A stretch of 64,000 nucleotides of DNA from a virus: the IMG/VR virus record IMGVR_UViG_2889178456_000001; one strand, written 5' to 3'. The first letter of the stretch is position 1. Every line of letters begins with the position of its first letter. Positions 57,802-64,000 of the stretch are shown here, piece by piece. A model generated the notes under the pieces. It had not been told where the DNA came from. It saw only the letters and a program-made list of their open reading frames with translations, and made no database searches. The position numbers were made by a program, and so were the translations under genes.

Positions 57802-57996
57802 ACCTTGCCGTCTTGTCTTGTATTTTTGCTCTATCTACAGTTCTGAGACCTGACTTCAAGCACAAATGTGCAGAAACAGGCGTTATCAATTGACCTAGGC
57901 CAACTTTTGAGGTATATAATCTTCACTCGCTTTGCTGCGGGCCAGGGGGTCGCGCGAGCCTATGGCAATCACCATGGAGCTTTGAGAGTCTAAACG

Positions 57997-58030
57997 AGGG
58001 GTAAGGTCTTCATGGACCTTACCCCTTTTT
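57997..58030 (+). terminator. Rho-independent terminator
   Basis: AGGGGTAAGGTC-N6-GACCTTACCCCT followed by TTTT. Confidence 0.75.
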
Positions 58031-58161
58031 AATGAGGGAGCTTTCAATCGGTCGGACGCTCACTTTCAATCTGTCGCCAGCAGCCGGAAGTTGATGTTTG
58101 ATTATTGCTTCCAAGATATGATTTAACCATCAACATCATATAAAATTAGCGGATCACAACT

Positions 58162-59346
58162 ATGGCCAAGCGCTCAATATCTCAAAGACTTAAAGAATTC
58201 CTCTCTCGTCCTCCGCAGACGGACAGCGTTGTGATGTCGAAGTCGGCCCCTAATGCGATACCTGAGGACACCGCAGGTGACCAAGCCAGCCCTGAGAGAA
58301 ATCTGATCACCGAGACCTATCATTTAATCAAGAAAGCGCACTCAGATACGTTATCTCTCGTTTTGCTAAAAAGAACGCTCAAAGAACAGTTTGACCGTCA
58401 GAAGTCGGGAGGGCATCTGAGGCACCTCGAGCTGGAAGATTTCGAGACCACTTGTGCTGTCTCTAAGATCACTGGGCACGGAAATGATGCTGATCGCTAT
58501 GGTCTAACTGAAGGCGACATCCGCCTCGAAACAAAGATGTCGGGGGCAGGATGGTACGCAGAGCTATCCTACAAAGACACCAAATTGCTTAAAGATGATC
58601 TCGCCGCATGGCACCATGGTGGACCAGCCGTAATGAAGCTCTCGGGCATCAATCCAAATAATGAGGTAAGAGCACGCATATTGGACAAAGTTTTCATTCC
58701 ACTTTGTGACAAGCTGAGCCTTCAGGTCGAGGGTCTTCGTGCGGTGACTGAGAAAAACAACGGTTTGATCGCTAAGGCCGACCTTACCTGGGCAACCTAT
58801 CGTCTTCGCAAGACCGAATACGAGAAATTATCTAAACCGGACTATGTGCGACGAGAGGACGCGACGCCTGAGATCCTTGCCGATAAACTAGATGAAATGA
58901 TGGATCTTCTTCAGGATATACCTGAGGATAAGAGACCTTTGAAAATTGATACTGAAGGCAGCCATCTTTTTCCAGCCACGTTAAGGGATACCTATCATAT
59001 TGACGTGGCTGGAACGGATGTTTCGATTGAAATTCAAGGCGGAAGGTCTTGGCGAGAATCTCTCTATGTAGGAGCGGCGTCGATAAAATTCTCAGGCCAT
59101 ACGATCTTCGCAATGGAGGTGCAGAACAATAATATACCTGAAGATCAGGATACTGAAACCTTGTACAAAGTCAAAAACGACGTAATGGCGGACGCAGATT
59201 TTATTCGACAGGTCATGGATAAAGTTTTGGCCCCTGTTGCCGACTCCCTCAAGTCCACTCGCGACATGTACGATGCCGAGAGTGAGGCAGCCATCGAAGC
59301 TGCGGCAGAAGAGCTTTCCTCGGCTCCTTCGTTTGGTGGACCCTAA
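58162..59346 (+). CDS. Hypothetical protein
   Basis: 394 aa ORF ending SSAPSFGGP. Confidence 0.7.
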   Translation: MAKRSISQRLKEFLSRPPQTDSVVMSKSAPNAIPEDTAGDQASPERNLITETYHLIKKAHSDTLSLVLLKRTLKEQFDRQKSGGHLRHLELEDFETTCAVSKITGHGNDADRYGLTEGDIRLETKMSGAGWYAELSYKDTKLLKDDLAAWHHGGPAVMKLSGINPNNEVRARILDKVFIPLCDKLSLQVEGLRAVTEKNNGLIAKADLTWATYRLRKTEYEKLSKPDYVRREDATPEILADKLDEMMDLLQDIPEDKRPLKIDTEGSHLFPATLRDTYHIDVAGTDVSIEIQGGRSWRESLYVGAASIKFSGHTIFAMEVQNNNIPEDQDTETLYKVKNDVMADADFIRQVMDKVLAPVADSLKSTRDMYDAESEAAIEAAAEELSSAPSFGGP

Positions 59347-59347
59347 G

Positions 59348-59830
59348 ATGGAAAATATGAAAGAGCCTTCCTCCACGGCTATCGCCGATGTCGTGTTAGA
59401 GGGCTTTCGGGCCTTCGAGAGGGAGTTCACACGCAACCCTGAAGACATGTACATCAATGGCGAGCCGATGTGCCATATCGCTGAGACGACCATGTATTCC
59501 AGAGGTAACAACCCAATCAGGATTGCGATGGTTTACCGACCTGACAACACGATCTTCATGCAGTCCAAATTCAATAATGGGACAGCCTACCCCACCGGTC
59601 GGCGCCCGAGCTTAGACAGCCTAAAAAATGCTGTGGTAGCTTTTCTGCAAAGGGAGATCACCCAGGTTGGAGGCTCCAATTACATTCTGGAACAGCCCAC
59701 CTTTCAAAATGTAGAAGCCAACTTCCAGATTGTAAGAAAACCAACCGGTGGGTTCAAAGAGAACCTCATGTCGGTATCCCCTGCCCCTACCGAGCGACCG
59801 CAGCCAGGAACTGGTCTAATCGCCCACTAA
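59348..59830 (+). CDS. Hypothetical protein
   Basis: ATG 1 nt after the previous stop. Confidence 0.6.
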   Translation: MENMKEPSSTAIADVVLEGFRAFEREFTRNPEDMYINGEPMCHIAETTMYSRGNNPIRIAMVYRPDNTIFMQSKFNNGTAYPTGRRPSLDSLKNAVVAFLQREITQVGGSNYILEQPTFQNVEANFQIVRKPTGGFKENLMSVSPAPTERPQPGTGLIAH

Positions 59831-59835
59831 ACCGG

Positions 59836-61593
59836 TTATGGCGCGCACTCGATTAGATGGGTCGCTGACTGCAACATCTGTGCCAGATCCTCTACGCTTT
59901 TCTCAGTGCCACGATTGGCTTCTGTGTAGTTGATACCATTAGACATCAGGAAGACCTTAGCGAGATCACCACGAACGGCAAAATTGACGTTCTGAGCGAT
60001 GTCCCCGGTAAGGTCAGCAATCTCCACAGTATTAAGCTTGGATACCACCACACCCACAACGTTGCCGAACCGGTTAACGGCCGGTCCCCCGCTATTGCCT
60101 GGCTGTACGGGGGCTGAGATCTGAAGATTGGTTTCATCTCCTCGCAGGCCCTTGAGGGCAGATATGGACCCCCTGCTGACATTCAGGCCACCAAGAAGGC
60201 CATGTAGAGGATAACCGGCAATAGTGATGTCCGCATTCAATCCAACACTGTCTGAGGCAAACCGTAGAGGCTCGCCAAGGTCCACTCCCCTGACAGACAC
60301 GGCGGCCAAGTCAAAAATATTACTGGAGACTATTAGATCGGCGCGGTGACCATTTACATTGATAGAGGAGCACTCCTCCACCACGTGAGCATTGGTTAGA
60401 AGCACGCCATCCTCATTGATGAGAAATCCGGTGCCAGTACCGCCCTCCCGGCTTTTCGGCTCGGGTTGGCTTGGTGACTGGGAAACGCCCACCTGCGGCT
60501 CAGGTTCAGTTTTGGATTCCTCAAACTCATCCAGAAGCTTCATGGCATGGGTCATCAGAGTGCTGTTTTCAGGGGGAATAAGGCTTCCAAACGTATCCGT
60601 GGAGATGCTGGATACCATCAGATTAAGCTCATTGCTGCTATCTGACCCTCCTGTGATGAATACAGTCGACCAAGTTCCTCGGATCAGCTCGCTTCTGACG
60701 TAGACAGACAGACCCCTGGGATCCGTCGTCGAAGTAACCCACCTTGTGCGCTTGCGTACCTTATAGATGTCACTTGGCGTCACGCTCTTGCTCTCAGCAA
60801 AATTATGAACCGATACGAGCTCGCTATTTATAAGGTCGTTAGCGATTAGTTGCAAATTGAGATCGCTATGATCCCACTGCTTATACAAACCGTCACTTTC
60901 CGTGAGCCTCATCTTTTTGACGGGCATCATCAAGTTCATTGCAAGGCCTTCCATAGGGATTTGCTCCCAACCTTCGCTATCGATAGCAACGATGAAGTCT
61001 ATTACGAGAGCTGCGGCATGAGAATTGGAAGGTTCTTCGTTGAACTTATCACGCGTGAACGCCTCTAATGAAGATTGGCTGCCCCTGCCCCAGGCACCAT
61101 CCAAAAGTCCAGAATAGTATCCCGCTAGAGCCAGACTGCCTTGCAAGAAGCGTTTCTCGACAACCGACATGGGACGCGCATCAAAATCACCCCACAGGTC
61201 GGTAGATGGTGCCCCTGACGACGCTGTTCGCCAGTTGATCTCCTTTAAGAAGCTGGAGCCGCTGGTGCAGTAGGTGTCTGAAGGCATCGTGGCTCTCCGC
61301 ACACCGTTTGAGATGATGCCTTCAGATGCTGATTTTGCGACCACACCAACTGTGATCGCAAACCAATTGTTAGAACTGAGAAAGACCCGGGCGCGTTCGT
61401 GATAGCCATTCTCCGATATCCACGCTCGCGCCTCGGGCAGTGTGGGCCTGGCAGCGACAACGACAGCGCAGTTTTGTGAACCAAATAGGGGTTCGGACCA
61501 AGCAGGTACTGAAGATACCGCAAGGAAAACAGGTAGGGCTACAGAGGCGGGTCTAATGAACATGGCTGAAAGCCTATCAAAGCTTACAGCCAT
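59836..61593 (-). CDS. Exported trypsin-like (S1) serine protease with peptidoglycan-binding domain
   Basis: GTGFLI, TNAHVV, DLA, PGNSGGP; LQGSLALAGYYSGLLDGAWG peptidoglycan-binding motif; signal peptide. Confidence 0.88.
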   Translation of the reverse strand: MAVSFDRLSAMFIRPASVALPVFLAVSSVPAWSEPLFGSQNCAVVVAARPTLPEARAWISENGYHERARVFLSSNNWFAITVGVVAKSASEGIISNGVRRATMPSDTYCTSGSSFLKEINWRTASSGAPSTDLWGDFDARPMSVVEKRFLQGSLALAGYYSGLLDGAWGRGSQSSLEAFTRDKFNEEPSNSHAAALVIDFIVAIDSEGWEQIPMEGLAMNLMMPVKKMRLTESDGLYKQWDHSDLNLQLIANDLINSELVSVHNFAESKSVTPSDIYKVRKRTRWVTSTTDPRGLSVYVRSELIRGTWSTVFITGGSDSSNELNLMVSSISTDTFGSLIPPENSTLMTHAMKLLDEFEESKTEPEPQVGVSQSPSQPEPKSREGGTGTGFLINEDGVLLTNAHVVEECSSINVNGHRADLIVSSNIFDLAAVSVRGVDLGEPLRFASDSVGLNADITIAGYPLHGLLGGLNVSRGSISALKGLRGDETNLQISAPVQPGNSGGPAVNRFGNVVGVVVSKLNTVEIADLTGDIAQNVNFAVRGDLAKVFLMSNGINYTEANRGTEKSVEDLAQMLQSATHLIECAP

Positions 61594-61631
61594 ATCAAGT
61601 GATTATCGATGCCCCAGAATAGAAGTTGCTA

Positions 61632-62039
61632 TTAAGCTGCGTTTAGCTCAGAGCTTCTTTTCTTATAGGTCGTGAAAACAGTTCGGGCGGTATCCAGTCC
61701 TACTTGGAACTCTTTAGTTGTGAACTCTCTAGACAGGAAATGCGTCCTCTTTTTACCGTCGCTGTCTACGTGTACGACGTAGGTTTCCCATCCCGCCAGA
61801 TAGTCATCCTCGGTTCGCACCACGAAGAAGCATTCGTCTGACCCTTCTCTGATTGAGCATTTCAGGGTGGCATGGTCATTATCAAGATGGAAGCAGTCTG
61901 CCATAGACTCGAACTTCCTGAAGGAGTTCAAGATAACGCGATCCCGAGCCAGTTTAATCCGGGCGGGTCGCAACCCTATTAGGAAGAGAACTAGGAAAAC
62001 AGAAAATCCGGTGAAGAATAGTAATAGCAGGAAATCCAT
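61632..62039 (-). CDS. Membrane-anchored hypothetical protein
   Basis: N-terminal transmembrane helix. Confidence 0.55.
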   Translation of the reverse strand: MDFLLLLFFTGFSVFLVLFLIGLRPARIKLARDRVILNSFRKFESMADCFHLDNDHATLKCSIREGSDECFFVVRTEDDYLAGWETYVVHVDSDGKKRTHFLSREFTTKEFQVGLDTARTVFTTYKKRSSELNAA

Positions 62040-62103
62040 AAATTCAATTCTTAACAGACCTCTTTTACCATATGCCTATTGCAAAGATATTTCAAGTTGT
62101 CGA

Positions 62104-62826
62104 TCAAGCCGCAGCTGCTTCCGACGCATCATCGCGGGAACCATTCAATGCGCGCCAGAGCTTCGAAAAATATGATTTCTTCTCGGCATCATGGGACATC
62201 TTAGCTTCTGAGGTGAAGACACAGTGAGGTCGTTTGTTAACGATCATTTGCGCGCCCATTTCAGAAGCCCTCTCACCAATCATGATGCTGAGGTCATGAC
62301 CAAGTACTTGAACGCCACAGCCAGAGACAATCGAGCAGAGATCGCGCTTGTTTGCGACCCGGACGTTTGGGGTCAGCTCAAATACAAATCTGACGCCCTG
62401 CTGCTTACCTAGTGCAAGCATCAAAGAAAGGGACGTGTTGTCCACTGTGAAGGCCGTCAGAGGGCAGATCACCAGGATCCGGCGGCCGGGAATATTCTCG
62501 GCCTGCCTCATGTAACGATAGAGCGCCTTTACCGGGTTCTCGCCTTTTGGCGCCGGGATCGCATCTGTGATGCCTAGGGCGGCTCTCACTTCATGCTGAT
62601 CAGCTTCCGTAAGCTCTTTCTTCTTTCTGAGATCGATCTTTGTTACGACGCCGCCTGCTTGGCATCGCAGAGCGCTGTTCCAATCATGCCAGAGGGCAGC
62701 GGAAACCGCCCCTTTAACCAGTCGGCTTGCTTCATCGAAGGAATTGGCTGCTACCAGGATATGGTCGTCGCCTACAAAGCGCGACCGAAGCCCCTGAAGG
62801 TGATACTGCTTAGCTCGTTGCCCCAT
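62104..62826 (-). CDS. Hypothetical protein
   Basis: 240 aa ORF, GAGG upstream. Confidence 0.6.
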   Translation of the reverse strand: MGQRAKQYHLQGLRSRFVGDDHILVAANSFDEASRLVKGAVSAALWHDWNSALRCQAGGVVTKIDLRKKKELTEADQHEVRAALGITDAIPAPKGENPVKALYRYMRQAENIPGRRILVICPLTAFTVDNTSLSLMLALGKQQGVRFVFELTPNVRVANKRDLCSIVSGCGVQVLGHDLSIMIGERASEMGAQMIVNKRPHCVFTSEAKMSHDAEKKSYFSKLWRALNGSRDDASEAAAA

Positions 62827-62963
62827 CTCATCATCCTCATGTTATGCAGCGCATTAGTACATGCGACAGCTTTCCACAGGGTTAAACAGAAGTGTTTTTG
62901 TGCCCTACTACAGATGAGGTGAACACAGACTTGCGAGTATCTAGTCCGCCGCCCTGTCTGGCT

Positions 62964-63239
62964 TCAACCGGCCTCAGTGCGCAATGTCGAAAGGACCTCA
63001 GCGCGATAGATCCAAAGCAGGATCGCATTCGTGACAAATAAGACCCCTGTGACCTTACCGGACAAGAGCGCCAGGTGAGCAGATTCAGCACTTGAGTTCA
63101 GCAACCAGCTCACGCTGTGGTAGATCCCGCACCAAGCCGCCATTCCCATTGAGAATAGAGATACGATAAGGCAGATTGCCTGGACCAGTTCAGTTTTCTC
63201 GGACTTAGAGGGCAATGAGGGTGCGTTGAAGCGAAACAT
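62964..63239 (-). CDS. Small two-helix membrane protein
   Basis: AAGGA RBS; two hydrophobic segments. Confidence 0.55.
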   Translation of the reverse strand: MFRFNAPSLPSKSEKTELVQAICLIVSLFSMGMAAWCGIYHSVSWLLNSSAESAHLALLSGKVTGVLFVTNAILLWIYRAEVLSTLRTEAG

Positions 63240-63534
63240 GCAGAATCCTTAAGTTTGGTTTATGGCGCCTTTTACCGAAGAACCATGAATAGATGCAAGC
63301 AGTAATCTGATATTTCATGGGCGCAGAATCGCTCGCCTTGCTTGATCATCAATAGGGTCTTGCTATCCAGTATTTTCGCCAACGAAGAAGGATGGTTCGT
63401 TGGCGTGGTACACACCGTTAGCAAACTGTAAATATTTACAGTTTGCTAAGTTATGCCGTTCAGGTAGCCTGCCCGCACGCAGCAATTTCGTTGCATCGAG
63501 TGCAGATTTTAGAAGACGTTTTTGAGGTGAGAAG

Positions 63535-63933
63535 ATGCCGATTATTACGCGTAAGGCTATCCAACGTCAGGATTTAAGAGCTAACCCTGATCGCATCTAT
63601 CTGTTTCCCGACAATGCAGTCCGGAAAGGCTTCTATGGTTATGCAAAGCAGATGCGTGGCGCCAAGAACGCGCTGGGGGTTGCTATCAAGCTAGGACCTG
63701 GAAGGGCAGCAGGAGCCCTTTTTAGCGATGCCGAGTATGGTCACAACGTTGCCATCATCGAGAACGACTTCGCGCCTATTATGCAGGCCTTAGAAGAAGG
63801 GAAGATCGTCATCATTCCTGAAGGTGGACTGCTGCCCGACCGAGAGCATCTTCAGGCATCTGCCCCGAGAACTATCGCGTTCTTAGAGCAAAAAATCGAG
63901 AGCATGATGAACTACGGAAAGGCAATGGCCTAG
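63535..63933 (+). CDS. Conserved phage-type hypothetical protein
   Basis: PDRIYLFPDN...MRGAKNALGV...GKIVIIPEGGL resembles the FGDN/RGEPN family; GAGG RBS. Confidence 0.55.
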   Translation: MPIITRKAIQRQDLRANPDRIYLFPDNAVRKGFYGYAKQMRGAKNALGVAIKLGPGRAAGALFSDAEYGHNVAIIENDFAPIMQALEEGKIVIIPEGGLLPDREHLQASAPRTIAFLEQKIESMMNYGKAMA

Positions 63934-64000
63934 TTTACCTTTTGGCCATCGCGCGCCGGTCACTTGGTAAAGTAGGGATTGTTTCCTGAGCTCAAAATAC

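Noticed and set aside
1-64000. Calling the window a prophage or jumbo phage
   Set aside because: No terminase, capsid, tail, integrase or polymerase recognised; replicon type cannot be fixed from this window.

Overview
This 64 kb window looks like part of a large alphaproteobacterial mobile replicon (megaplasmid or phage-like element; this is an inference). It is dense in short hypothetical genes and phage-type accessory genes, and I see no phage structural, replication or conjugation genes. The main system is a minus-strand type IV-A CRISPR-Cas locus (csf3-csf1-cas6-csf2, then dinG with a C-terminal HNH nuclease fused), with no cas1/cas2 in the window. Three arrays of one repeat family (about 36-nt repeats, about 30-nt spacers) are dispersed at 9.7, 35.7 and 40.8 kb. 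Most of their repeats differ in sequence but keep the same hairpin and 8-nt 3' handle. There are three IS200/IS605 insertions, and each splits a gene that can be rebuilt. Two are sister tnpA+tnpB copies whose TnpB lacks the Zn ribbon; the third is a tnpB-only element with a Fanzor-type rearranged RuvC site. Also present: two tRNAs, an RNA ligase, Pth2, an Acb1-like 2H phosphoesterase, a Lar-like protein, a type I secretion pair plus a distant RTX subtilase, a His-less histidine kinase, and many unrelated proteins ending in Pro-rich or Ala-Ala tails. All family calls come from motifs recognised by eye; no database searches were run.
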